A DNA stretch of 64,000 nt from Gemmatimonadota bacterium (GTDB lineage Bacteria > Gemmatimonadota > Gemmatimonadetes > Gemmatimonadales > GWC2-71-9), in the NCBI GenBank assembly GCA_039588295.1, contig JBDHAB010000001.1:64001-128000 (forward strand), written 5' to 3'. Positions 30,001 to 38,235 of the stretch are shown here, piece by piece. The notes beneath the pieces are model-generated. The model ran no database searches. It worked only from the letters and a program-made list of their open reading frames with translations, and was not told the DNA's origin. The position numbers were made by a program, and so were the translations under genes. How positions within the stretch are numbered: the first letter of the stretch is position 1; each line of letters begins with the position of its first letter.

Positions 30001-30130
30001 AATCATGGACCATGCACACAAGGAGCCACACGTCGGTGGCGCGGACATCGACCTCGCGGTCGCGGAGGCGCTCGCGCTTCCCCGGCGCGTTCAAGACTGT
30101 CTTCGTAGATTGGCCGCGAATCACAGCTGA
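27053..30130 (+). CDS. N6-adenine DNA methyltransferase, Eco57I/TaqI-like with C-terminal target-recognition domain
   Basis: PYLNGGLF, GTFYTP, DPAAGSGAF (motif I), GNPPW (motif IV), GVKTG and LNSCY in the TRD region. Confidence 0.88.
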   Translation: MLKDALHQLHTASHAAAFLKRIGYDPADELSVDGAQVVARWKGFKVVVADSAEPKEAARALARRLAAAGERALVLILGTEHLAVAAPRLGSSGSSRVLLVSKSEPSAWALDQLERLRPRGSTSALVHALRIADVLSAEAAGDRFFTEFRIQLEQMAASLEPRGSLADRRMVALFALTRTLFLYFIQAKGWLDGKNDYLRVLFDNSLADRADFHRSVLNPLFFGTLNRPAAERRFDHALGSIPYLNGGLFEPHPLERRLGLAHFSNESWRKVFEQLFDRYRFCAREADEVNAIAPDMLGRVFERVMAADLRRNTGTFYTPETVVRELVETALATALVGIGGLTEQTVARLMARGTLSENERQQAVTALRSLRVVDPAAGSGAFLLGALEVLTELTLLVDQEPAARPKSALRKRVLCENLFGVDLNPVAVRLAELRLWLAVVADDTTTDPAEVAPLPNLDGVVRQGNSLLDPLGAARRDQLGTSPTISQAAAALQATRKRLFHACGGATQRMHRELRRREFQLARETLTQALRQTDHVLEDLQAAAKGRNLFGRRSGLTRTQQRRYRTVKRNRTDLRRALADLDDGTLPFFSFEIQAADIIAAGGFHVVLGNPPWVRAERLPERERTTLHDRFSWWRSETRSGYAHLPDLAVAFLQRALELTAPGGTVGFLVPSKVASAAYAQAARDHLVRETTMKYVHRIPDRQANRFAATTYPLAIVVRNEPPSARHAVRLGFVDSGSVQQASLARQGPWILVPDRFRDALDAFCESGRPLAEIARPALGVKTGADRIFVGVPLETGPRIWRIKIGGGVVELEPEVLRPALRGRDVAACSARPVRVLLWGYDQVGRPRQRLPMHAASYVNRWHRRLANRTDYHSGPPWVLFRTQPAFARHRVVWPDIARRPKACVLDETSVSEAIPLNSCYVASAPDRRTALAISAVMNSTWAAALAAITADEARGGYRRINARVVSRLPIPVNEQAQRQLATIMDHAHKEPHVGGADIDLAVAEALALPRRVQDCLRRLAANHS

Positions 30131-32396
30131 TCAGCTGCGCGCGGTCCGGGAGCCGATCGCCTGGAAGCTCACCGACTTCGTGCGAACTCCGCCGGCGCGA
30201 TTGGTACCGATATTCCGTCAGGCGGCCGCCGGTGTGCGGACGGACGGTTGGAATCCGCCCACCTGGCTCCTACCCCATCAGGTCGACGCGGCCAGACGCA
30301 CCGCGGCGAGCCTCGAGGTGTTTGGCGGAGCGCTGTTGGCTGACGCAGTCGGCCTGGGCAAGACGTTCGTCGCTCTCGCGGTTGCCACCCGCTACCACCG
30401 GCTCACTGCCGTGGTGCCGGCCGCCCTCCACGTCCAGTGGCGACAGGCTGCCGACAGGTTGGGAATCGACCTTACCGTCGTCTCACACGAAGCACTGAGC
30501 CATGGCGCCGCAGTGCCTGATGCGGACCTCGTGGTTGTCGACGAAGCCCATCGCTTCAGGAATCCGACGACGCAACGATATGACCGTCTCGCGCGAGGGC
30601 TCCGAACAGCACATCTGCTGCTCGTAACGGCAACCCCCGTTGTCAACCGACCAGACGATCTCGTCCACCTCCTGCGTCTGTTCCTCCCGGATCATGGTCT
30701 CGCCCTCCTGGGGCTGCCCTCGTTGGCGCTCGCCTTGGCAAAACGCGATTTAGCCGCCATCGCCCATGCGTCCACCCCATTGATCGTTGCCCGATCCCAC
30801 ACCGTCTTGGACAGACTTCGAACACCGTTCCCTCGGCCGCTCGACGGTCCTGTCCGTTGCTCCCCGCCCCTGCCAGCCCCGCTCCTGACCGATCTGCTGG
30901 CCACGCTCGACACGCTCGAGTTTCCGGCGTTTCGTGGTGAGCAGGCAGCACACCTGCTCCGGGCACACATCCTTCACCGGCTCGCCTCTTCGGCGGCGGC
31001 GTGTCGCGACAGCCTCCGACGGCACCTCGCCTATCTCGATCGCGCATTCGTAACCGGCGCGGACGGTCCCCTGGCTCGAGGTTCGGCCCGCAAGCTGTTT
31101 GGATCGGGAGACGCGCTCCAGCTGGAGCTTGCGGCGCTCGAGGCGATTCCGCTTCACCAACGCACTGTCGAGCGCGAGCGGGCCAGGATCCTCGCTGCCC
31201 TTGAGCGACTCCCAATGCGGTCACATCCGAACCCCAAGGCCCGCCAACTCGCTCAGATCCTGGCGGGGCGCGCTGATGGCCAGACCATCGTCTTTACCAC
31301 CGCAGCAGCGACGGCCTACGACCTGGCGAGCCGGCTGGGGTGGCGTGAGGTGGCAGTCGTGGCGGCGGGTCACGCTCAGATTGCCTCGGGCCGAATCTCC
31401 GTCGACGGAGCGCTCAATCTGTTCGCACCGCACGCTCGTGCCACCCCCAACTCGTCGCCAACCCAACGCGTGGTCACGCTCATCGCGACCGACCTCGTCA
31501 GCGAAGGCCTCGACCTCCAGGACGCCGATGCCATCGTGCACTACGACCTTCCATGGACACCGCTTCGCCTGGCGCAACGTCTAGGAAGAATCGCGCGACT
31601 CGGATCAACACACGCAGTTGCCCTCGTACACTGGTTCGTCCCGCCACCGCCGCTAGAACGCCGCCTTCAACTCTGCGTCAGGCTCGCGTGCAAACAGCGA
31701 TCGCAACTGTCGCTCGCCGTGCCTACAACGAGTGCAGTCGGGAAGGCTCAGGTGCTGAACAGCGTGCTTGAGTACCGGGAGCGACTGATCGCGAGGACAC
31801 TCGATGGGGAATCGCGCTCAATGCCACGCCCGCCGGAGCCGCCGCGCACCCTCAGAAGCGGCATCCCGTTCGCCGTGGTGCCCGAGATCGATGTTGTGGC
31901 CCTTGCCATTCGTTGGGACGTCGGCTCTCTGCCGGTACGGGAAATCGTGGTGATTCGCGATTCGACCGGGGACGACGTCGGGGACTTCGGGTACCTCCAC
32001 TCGATGGTCAAGCGTCTGCTGACGGTGCAGCACAGTGCCCATCCGTGGTCGATCGAACGATTGACGCCCCTGTGCGGAATCCTGCGCGAGCGTCTGCGGT
32101 GTGCCCAACGGGGTGCCGTGGACCGTGATACCCTGAGTCTCCGGAGGCGACTGCTGCGACATGCCCGCCTGGTCGCCCGGCAACGAGACGCGGCCCTGAT
32201 CGAGACGCTCGACCGCGTGCTGAACCGTGTGACGGCCGGGATCGGTGTCGGTGCGACACGGGAACTGACCGATCTCCTCACCATCCGCCCGCTGCGACCC
32301 GGGCTCCACCGGTGGCTCCTGCAGCAGCCGGACAGAACCCGGGTCATCCCCGATTTCCACATCGAAGCGATAGTCCTGACGGAGCAGCCATCGTGA
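30012..32396 (+). CDS. SNF2/RapA-like SF2 helicase
   Basis: LPHQ, ADAVGLGKT, DEAH, TATP, SEGLDLQ, QRLGRIAR; start uncertain (ATG 30012 or GTG 30180). Confidence 0.85.
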   Translation: MHTRSHTSVARTSTSRSRRRSRFPGAFKTVFVDWPRITADQLRAVREPIAWKLTDFVRTPPARLVPIFRQAAAGVRTDGWNPPTWLLPHQVDAARRTAASLEVFGGALLADAVGLGKTFVALAVATRYHRLTAVVPAALHVQWRQAADRLGIDLTVVSHEALSHGAAVPDADLVVVDEAHRFRNPTTQRYDRLARGLRTAHLLLVTATPVVNRPDDLVHLLRLFLPDHGLALLGLPSLALALAKRDLAAIAHASTPLIVARSHTVLDRLRTPFPRPLDGPVRCSPPLPAPLLTDLLATLDTLEFPAFRGEQAAHLLRAHILHRLASSAAACRDSLRRHLAYLDRAFVTGADGPLARGSARKLFGSGDALQLELAALEAIPLHQRTVERERARILAALERLPMRSHPNPKARQLAQILAGRADGQTIVFTTAAATAYDLASRLGWREVAVVAAGHAQIASGRISVDGALNLFAPHARATPNSSPTQRVVTLIATDLVSEGLDLQDADAIVHYDLPWTPLRLAQRLGRIARLGSTHAVALVHWFVPPPPLERRLQLCVRLACKQRSQLSLAVPTTSAVGKAQVLNSVLEYRERLIARTLDGESRSMPRPPEPPRTLRSGIPFAVVPEIDVVALAIRWDVGSLPVREIVVIRDSTGDDVGDFGYLHSMVKRLLTVQHSAHPWSIERLTPLCGILRERLRCAQRGAVDRDTLSLRRRLLRHARLVARQRDAALIETLDRVLNRVTAGIGVGATRELTDLLTIRPLRPGLHRWLLQQPDRTRVIPDFHIEAIVLTEQPS

Positions 32397-32473
32397 CGAC
32401 GGACACTTCCGTCGGGGCTGAGGACCCCACATCTTCGTGTCGATACAGCACGGTTCCCACTCGAGGTGCCGCT

Positions 32474-33154
32474 ATGTCTCTAGGATCGTCGATCGTCAGC
32501 GCGCTCAAGCTCGAGCCGCGCGCCCACCGTCCGCCCCTGTCGCGGCGGTTCTGGTTCTATTCTCTCAGTGCATTCTTGATGCCGATCGTGGTGCAGCTCG
32601 CCCTGCCCGAGGATCCGGGGCTCACGGACGAGTTGATTTGGCTCGTGACGCTCGTGCCGGCCTTCTTGCTATCGTTGCACTACGGAGTCTGGGGGGCATT
32701 CCTCGCCCTGATAATGGGCACCGGGTTGTTCATCGTGGTCCAACTGGTGCTCGCCTTCAAGTTCACGCCGGACGACTGGCGCATTACCGTACCTGCCTAC
32801 GTCGCGTTCGGAACGCTGGCGATCAGCGTCGGCTGGCTTTCGGAGCAACTGCACGGGTACTACAAACGAGTGCTCGACAGTGAGCGGATGGTTGCAGTCG
32901 GGCAGCTCGCCGTTGCCGTGCAACACGAGCTCAACAATGCACTCACGGTTGTGGTTGCTGAGAGTCAGCTCCTGCGGGTGGAGCAGGCGAACCTGACATC
33001 GGAGCAGCGGGAGTCGATCACTGCGATCTACGAAGCCGCATCACGGATGTCTGAGCATGTCAAGAAGCTCGGCAAGCTGGCCGAGGCTCCCGTGGTGACC
33101 TACGACGGCGACATCAAGATGATCGACGTGAAGGGCGCGAAGGAGAAGGAGTAG
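32474..33154 (+). CDS. Membrane protein with HisKA-like phosphoacceptor domain and no ATPase domain
   Basis: About four TM segments then VGQLAVAVQHELNNAL; ORF ends about 60 aa later. Confidence 0.65.
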   Translation: MSLGSSIVSALKLEPRAHRPPLSRRFWFYSLSAFLMPIVVQLALPEDPGLTDELIWLVTLVPAFLLSLHYGVWGAFLALIMGTGLFIVVQLVLAFKFTPDDWRITVPAYVAFGTLAISVGWLSEQLHGYYKRVLDSERMVAVGQLAVAVQHELNNALTVVVAESQLLRVEQANLTSEQRESITAIYEAASRMSEHVKKLGKLAEAPVVTYDGDIKMIDVKGAKEKE

Positions 33155-33162
33155 CCGCTGAG

Positions 33163-33852
33163 CTACTCTTCTGCCGAGTCTGGGATCTCCCCTTCGTCGT
33201 AGTAGTCCAGTTTGTGCAGTGGCATCACGACACTCGTCAAGATGTTGATGACGTGTGCGCTGATGCGCTTGTAGTACCGCGTTCCGAGCACCGCTGCGGT
33301 GGCGGCACTCGCACTGTAGCCGCTCCGAGCAATGCGATCGACCAACGCCTCGCAGCGGTGCGCCAGGTCGCGACCCTCCTGTATGAGTTCGCCGGCGCGC
33401 TCCCGGTCAGAGGTGGTGAACACCTCAGCCGTAACGGCAAATGCCGCCTCAACGGCCACGCGGATCTCACGGAGCTCGGCCATGATCTCGTCATCGGGCA
33501 GCGACCCGAAATGATACTCCATCACCTCTGAGAGGTTCTTGGCGTAGTCGCCGATTCGCTCGACATCTTTCACCAGGCTCATCAGCAAGAGGCAGTAGGG
33601 AAGCGACGCGGTGTTCCCGGACAGCGAGAGGTGCGCAATCACCTGCTTCCGGATCACCCGTTCCAACTTGTTGACCCGAACGTCGGTCTTGTAGATCGCA
33701 GTCCGCTCTTCCGGTGATGCATCCATGCGGAAGAATATCTCACCAGCCCGCAGCGTGAGATCATACGCGAGGCTCAGCATATCGGCGAAGTTGTCGCCCA
33801 TCTTACTGAGTGGCTCGCCCGAACGGAAAATGCTGAGCAATTCGCGAAGCAT
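33163..33852 (-). CDS. PhoU domain protein
   Basis: DVRVNKLE, KDVERIGDYAKN; directly downstream of the Na/Pi transporter. Confidence 0.8.
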   Translation of the reverse strand: MLRELLSIFRSGEPLSKMGDNFADMLSLAYDLTLRAGEIFFRMDASPEERTAIYKTDVRVNKLERVIRKQVIAHLSLSGNTASLPYCLLLMSLVKDVERIGDYAKNLSEVMEYHFGSLPDDEIMAELREIRVAVEAAFAVTAEVFTTSDRERAGELIQEGRDLAHRCEALVDRIARSGYSASAATAAVLGTRYYKRISAHVINILTSVVMPLHKLDYYDEGEIPDSAEE

Positions 33853-33865
33853 AGCGCCTCCGCCA

Positions 33866-35038
33866 CTACCTCATGAACTGATGAAGAGCTGCAAACACCG
33901 CCGGCAGCCCGTAGAACAAGACAAGCACGTAAAGCAAGGCCCAGAGACGCGACTTGACCGCCACATCGCCCAGCCACCGCGCTGCACTCAAGGGAAGTTC
34001 ACGTATCGCCCTCACCGGGAAGATGAGCATGGTTGCCGACATGTTGAAGAGGAGGTGCACCAGCGCGATCGTGATTCCCGCTCTCGCATTGGCGCCGGTT
34101 GCCGCCAGCGCCGCCATCAGGGCCGTGACGGTCGTCCCGATATTGGCGCCGACCGTGATGGGAAACGCCTGGTGCAGCGTGAGGAGTCCGGCTCCGGCAA
34201 GTGGCACGAGCAAGGACGTCGTGATCGAGCTGGACTGCACCAGCGTGGTCACCAAGATCCCCACGAGGATCGCGTAGACAGGCGAACGATGAAGCCCGCG
34301 TGACACGATGACCTCGACGCGGCTGCGCATCGCCCTGCGCATCACACGCACGAGCAGCACGAGCGCCGCGAAGATGAGCACGGTGCTCAACAGGATGAGC
34401 ACGACCGCTGCCAGCTGTCCGCTGCCGACGACCCATTCGATGACCTGCTTGATCGGTTTCAGGGCGGCTTTGAGCAATCCCTTGATGGGACTGTCGTACT
34501 CCACTCCGCTCACCTCCGTCAACGCGGAGGAGAGCGCTATCGCCGTCTTGCGGAGGTACCCCGTGAGGAGTTCGAGCGGCAGCAAGGTGACCACCGCGAG
34601 ATAGTTGAAGAAATCGTGACAGGTCGCCACCGAGAATGCTCGCCGGAATTCCTCTTTGCGACCCATATGGGCGAGCGCCACGATCGTATTCGTCACCGTC
34701 GTGCCGATGTTGGCCCCCATGATCATGGGCACGGCGTTCGCAACGGGCAGTGGATTCTCTGGCGCAGCCACCAACCCAACGATCAGCGACGTCGTCACCG
34801 ACGAGCTCTGCATCAGCGTGGTAGCAAGCAGACCGACCATGAGCCCCATAAACGGGTTCTCGGTCGCGGTGAAGAATGAATCGAGCAGATTCTCACCAAG
34901 CGACTTGAACCCGTCACCCAGCCCGTTCACTCCCAGGAGGAAGACGAAGAGCAGCAACACCACCGTCAACACACGCATAAAGGGATGCGTGAGAAGAGAC
35001 GGTACGCGCTTGGCAATGGGGGGGATGGTAAGACTCAA
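33866..35038 (-). CDS. Na+/phosphate cotransporter (NptA/SLC34-like)
   Basis: Duplicated QSSS.TTS and GANIGTT motifs, CHDFFN; start uncertain (35038 or 34978). Confidence 0.88.
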   Translation of the reverse strand: MSLTIPPIAKRVPSLLTHPFMRVLTVVLLLFVFLLGVNGLGDGFKSLGENLLDSFFTATENPFMGLMVGLLATTLMQSSSVTTSLIVGLVAAPENPLPVANAVPMIMGANIGTTVTNTIVALAHMGRKEEFRRAFSVATCHDFFNYLAVVTLLPLELLTGYLRKTAIALSSALTEVSGVEYDSPIKGLLKAALKPIKQVIEWVVGSGQLAAVVLILLSTVLIFAALVLLVRVMRRAMRSRVEVIVSRGLHRSPVYAILVGILVTTLVQSSSITTSLLVPLAGAGLLTLHQAFPITVGANIGTTVTALMAALAATGANARAGITIALVHLLFNMSATMLIFPVRAIRELPLSAARWLGDVAVKSRLWALLYVLVLFYGLPAVFAALHQFMR

Positions 35039-35224
35039 AGGAGTTCGATCCGTTCCCAGGTAGTGGAGGAGACCGCACCCAAGCCAAACCGGCAGGCAAT
35101 GTCGTACACCGAACAGCGATAGGCAACCGTGACGCGGCGGTGACACGACTGTGAGTGCTCCCGTCTGCTGGGGTCCTCATTTCTCCTGCACACGATGGCT
35201 GTGCAACCGAGGCGCCCCATGGGC

Positions 35225-35252
35225 TTGCGAGCGATAATTTTCGGGGTATATT
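35225..35252 (+). promoter_or_regulatory. Sigma70-like promoter of the mutagenesis operon
   Basis: TTGCGA-N16-TATATT, 8 bp before ATG 35261 (probably leaderless). Confidence 0.5.
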
Positions 35253-35281
35253 CGGGTTATATGCCCGAAGATATCCCGAAA
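35239..35281. promoter_or_regulatory. Candidate SOS/LexA-type operator with four half-sites
   Basis: TTCGGG-N5-TTCGGG-N7-CCCGAA-N5-CCCGAA; 18-bp arms match 16/18. Confidence 0.65.
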
Positions 35282-35452
35282 GTGGGTCCGGCTCAGAGCT
35301 CGAAAGTGGTTACTACACAAGAGGTTCCGGAGTTCGAGCAGCGGGCCCAACTGGTCAGCCCCTGGTCCGCTTGCCCGGACTGCGGCACCTTGGTGTTTCA
35401 CGCTTCCGCCTGCGCATTCTGCCCGACCTGTGGGTGGGGGAGGTGCGGGTGA
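35261..35452 (+). CDS. Small Cys-rich zinc-ribbon protein (63 aa)
   Basis: CPDCG...SACAFCPTCGWGRCG*; TGA overlaps GTG of the next gene (GTGA). Confidence 0.65.
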   Translation: MPEDIPKVGPAQSSKVVTTQEVPEFEQRAQLVSPWSACPDCGTLVFHASACAFCPTCGWGRCG

Positions 35453-36495
35453 CGGGACCGGGTGTCCGGCTGCCCGTCCTCGACGAGCGACGACGTGGTA
35501 CCAAGTTCGTCGAGCTAGCGGTCAAGTCCGTCATCAACGCACCGGAATCCACCGGGATGGGGTTCTGGTCACTCAACCCGTATGTCGGTTGTGAGTTCGG
35601 GTGCTCGTATTGCTATGCCCGATACGCACACCGTTACGTGGTGGAACGAGCACGAGACGCGGGACGTATCGACGAGCGGCAGTTCGTGGACCTCGGTGCG
35701 CCGTATGGGTTGGAGTCGTTCGAGCATCGCATCTTGATCAAGTCACGCACGACGGTTCTCCAGGCGCTCGCGCGCGACCTGCCCCGCATTCAACGACGCG
35801 CCTTGCGTGATGGAACCCAGAATATCGTCATCGGAACCGCGACGGATCCCTATCAGCCAGCTGAGCGTCAGTACCAGATCACCCGCGCCATACTCGCACG
35901 ACTGCGTGAGGAACACGACTTCCGCGTGGGGATCATTACCAAGAGCCCACTCATCTGTCGGGACCTCGATCTGCTACAAGTGCTTGCGCAGCGCCATTTT
36001 CTCTCGGTCTACATCTCGCTGGTCAGCGTGGACATCCAGGTGATCAAGCTCTTTGAGGCCCGCTCACCGCTGCCGCATGCACGGCTGCGCGCACTGCGCC
36101 AACTCTCGGATGCCGGTATCCGCGCCGGTCTCATCGTCGCACCGACCCTCCCCGGCATCACGGATTCCACACAACGGATCCACGCGCTCGTGCGTGCGGG
36201 AAGCGATGCCGGTGCCAGGTTCATCTCTCCGGTGCCGCTGCGGCTCTACCCCGATGTGCAACGACGTTTTCTACCCATCGTCGAACGACACTTTCCCGAC
36301 CTCGCCAAGCGCTACCAGGCAGCATATCAAAACGGTTGGGATGCACCCGAAGCATATCTCCAGGCGGTACGACAGCGCTTCCGTCGCATCGCGCGCGCCT
36401 ACGGGATCCCGGAGACGGACGGTGAGGCAGAACAACCGGTCCGTCAGGAACCGCGTGCCGACACGCAGTTGTGCTTGTTCGCGCGAACGGCTTAG
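35449..36495 (+). CDS. Radical SAM protein, spore photoproduct lyase-like (Rv2578c-type)
   Basis: SLNPYVGCEFGCSYCYAR, GTATDPYQPAE, ITKSPLICRD, APTLPGITD; C-terminal QLCLF. Confidence 0.85.
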   Translation: MTGPGVRLPVLDERRRGTKFVELAVKSVINAPESTGMGFWSLNPYVGCEFGCSYCYARYAHRYVVERARDAGRIDERQFVDLGAPYGLESFEHRILIKSRTTVLQALARDLPRIQRRALRDGTQNIVIGTATDPYQPAERQYQITRAILARLREEHDFRVGIITKSPLICRDLDLLQVLAQRHFLSVYISLVSVDIQVIKLFEARSPLPHARLRALRQLSDAGIRAGLIVAPTLPGITDSTQRIHALVRAGSDAGARFISPVPLRLYPDVQRRFLPIVERHFPDLAKRYQAAYQNGWDAPEAYLQAVRQRFRRIARAYGIPETDGEAEQPVRQEPRADTQLCLFARTA

Positions 36496-36510
36496 AAGGG
36501 AATTGATGAG

Positions 36511-37839
36511 GTGACGACGGCGGTGCAGCACACCAGCAAATCACCGCGGCGATCCCGCACGCGAGCGCCGAAGCTCGTACCAGACCATGCTCGGCACGAA
36601 AACGGCCGCAAGGTGCTCAATAGCGAGCGTGCGGTCTGTGTCTGGATTCCGCTCTTTCCACTTCGGTGTGAAGAGCGACGACGACCCGACTTAGGTGGCA
36701 AGCCCACGGCCCTGCTTTCGCCGGACGATACCCGCCGTCTCCAGCTGGTGTCCTCCATCGCACGGCGCGCCGGTGTGCGACCCGGCATGACCGTGAGCCA
36801 GGGCATCGCCCTCTGTCCCTCGCTCGTCCTCTGCGAGCCCGATCCGGTTCATTACGACGAGGAATTCACCCGGCTGCTGCTGCTGTTGGAGAGCGTGAGC
36901 CCCGTGATTGAGCCGGCCGAGTTGGGACGTGTGTACGTAGGCGTCGATGGGCTGGAGGGATTGTACGGAGAACCCGAGAAGCAATGCCGGACAATTCTCG
37001 GAAGACTCGAGAAAGAAGGAAGAAGGGGGAACCCAGCACGGATTGGTTGGGGGCGTGGCAAGTTCGTTTCGTGGGTTGCTGCAACGCGTGCTCGGCCCGG
37101 AGCCGCCGTGGTCATTCGGGACGACGAACGCACCACGTTTCTCGCCACACAACCGGTGGCTGTCCTGCCTCTGAGCTCCGATACCCATCGTCGGTTGTGG
37201 CAGTTGGGACTTCACACCCTTGCTGACATCGCTCGGCTGCCGGAAACAGCAATCATTTCACAGTTCGGGGCAGAGGGACGCCGTGCTTGGCAATTGGCTG
37301 CCGGAGTGGTCACGGATCCGGTCACCGGACGGGAGCGTCCCCAACCGATCGCCATGGCGCTCGATTTCCCCACTCCCGTCGCCGATCGCCAGATGCTCGT
37401 CCACGCCTTGGGCAAACTGCTCGAGCGCGCCCTCGGTCATCCGCGGCGCATCGGATGGCGAGTACAGACAGTACGTGTGCGTGCAACGCTCGAGCACGGT
37501 GCTTCCTGGCTGACCGAGATCACACTTAAAGAACCGTCTGCCGATCGAGTCCGCATCGTTGCCCCCCTCAACGCGCGCTTGGAGCAGGTGCCGCCAACCG
37601 GGGCAGTGGAGCATCTCGCGGTGGAATTCACCGCGTTCGCCCGTGGCACCGATGAGCTGCAGCTCTTTGCACGGGATGCTTCGAGCGCCGCCCGAGCAGG
37701 CCGACGACAGGCACTCCACGCCGCCGCACACGAAATCCAGGGTCGCTTCAAGCGCTCACTCTTATATCACGTCGTCGAGGTGCAACCATGGTCGCGCATT
37801 CCCGAACGCCGCTACGCGTTGATCGACTTCGAGCCCTGA
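36511..37839 (+). CDS. imuB: ImuB-like catalytically inactive Y-family polymerase
   Basis: Y-family layout (GVRPGMTVSQG, SPVIE, LGLHTLADIA, FG) without catalytic D/DE residues; ELQLF clamp-like motif; next to dnaE2. Confidence 0.78.
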   Translation: MTTAVQHTSKSPRRSRTRAPKLVPDHARHENGRKVLNSERAVCVWIPLFPLRCEERRRPDLGGKPTALLSPDDTRRLQLVSSIARRAGVRPGMTVSQGIALCPSLVLCEPDPVHYDEEFTRLLLLLESVSPVIEPAELGRVYVGVDGLEGLYGEPEKQCRTILGRLEKEGRRGNPARIGWGRGKFVSWVAATRARPGAAVVIRDDERTTFLATQPVAVLPLSSDTHRRLWQLGLHTLADIARLPETAIISQFGAEGRRAWQLAAGVVTDPVTGRERPQPIAMALDFPTPVADRQMLVHALGKLLERALGHPRRIGWRVQTVRVRATLEHGASWLTEITLKEPSADRVRIVAPLNARLEQVPPTGAVEHLAVEFTAFARGTDELQLFARDASSAARAGRRQALHAAAHEIQGRFKRSLLYHVVEVQPWSRIPERRYALIDFEP

Positions 37840-38147
37840 ACATTCCTCGACCGGTAACGGTGGAGACGGACGATCGAGGCAGGCCGGTCACGGTCGAGGA
37901 TGCAGCTGATGAAGGACTTCTCGAGGAAGGAGAACTGTTTGAAGAGCGGTCAACAGCGTCCGCACAGCGTCAGTTGCCAGCCCGCACACGGCGGGTTGAC
38001 GAGGTCCTCGAGTTCTGGCGGATCGACGATGAATGGTGGCGCACACCAATCGTCCGCCGATACGTCGAGGTCGTCCTCCAGGGAGGTGGACACGTGGTGT
38101 TGTTTGAAGACCTGACCACCGGGCAATGGTTCTTGCAGCAACCGTAG
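37788..38147 (+). CDS. DUF6504-like small protein (ImuB C-terminal-like module)
   Basis: LNIPRPVTV, WRIDDEWW, RRY, GQWF; overlaps imuB by 52 bp. Confidence 0.7.
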   Translation: MVAHSRTPLRVDRLRALNIPRPVTVETDDRGRPVTVEDAADEGLLEEGELFEERSTASAQRQLPARTRRVDEVLEFWRIDDEWWRTPIVRRYVEVVLQGGGHVVLFEDLTTGQWFLQQP

Positions 38148-38235
38148 CGGCCGCCCCTCGAGGTGCCACGGCAATCATGCATTCCGCACTACGTGCGTAA
38201 GACACCCGTCACCTCATACAGCCACCGCAAATCCC

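Noticed and set aside
27053..32396. Complete DISARM or BREX system, or a genomic island
   Set aside because: No drmABC, pglZ, brxC, integrase or flanking repeats seen in the window
35450..35452. Sec read-through of the Zn-ribbon TGA
   Set aside because: The TGA is part of a standard GTGA stop/start overlap and ends the Cys pattern naturally
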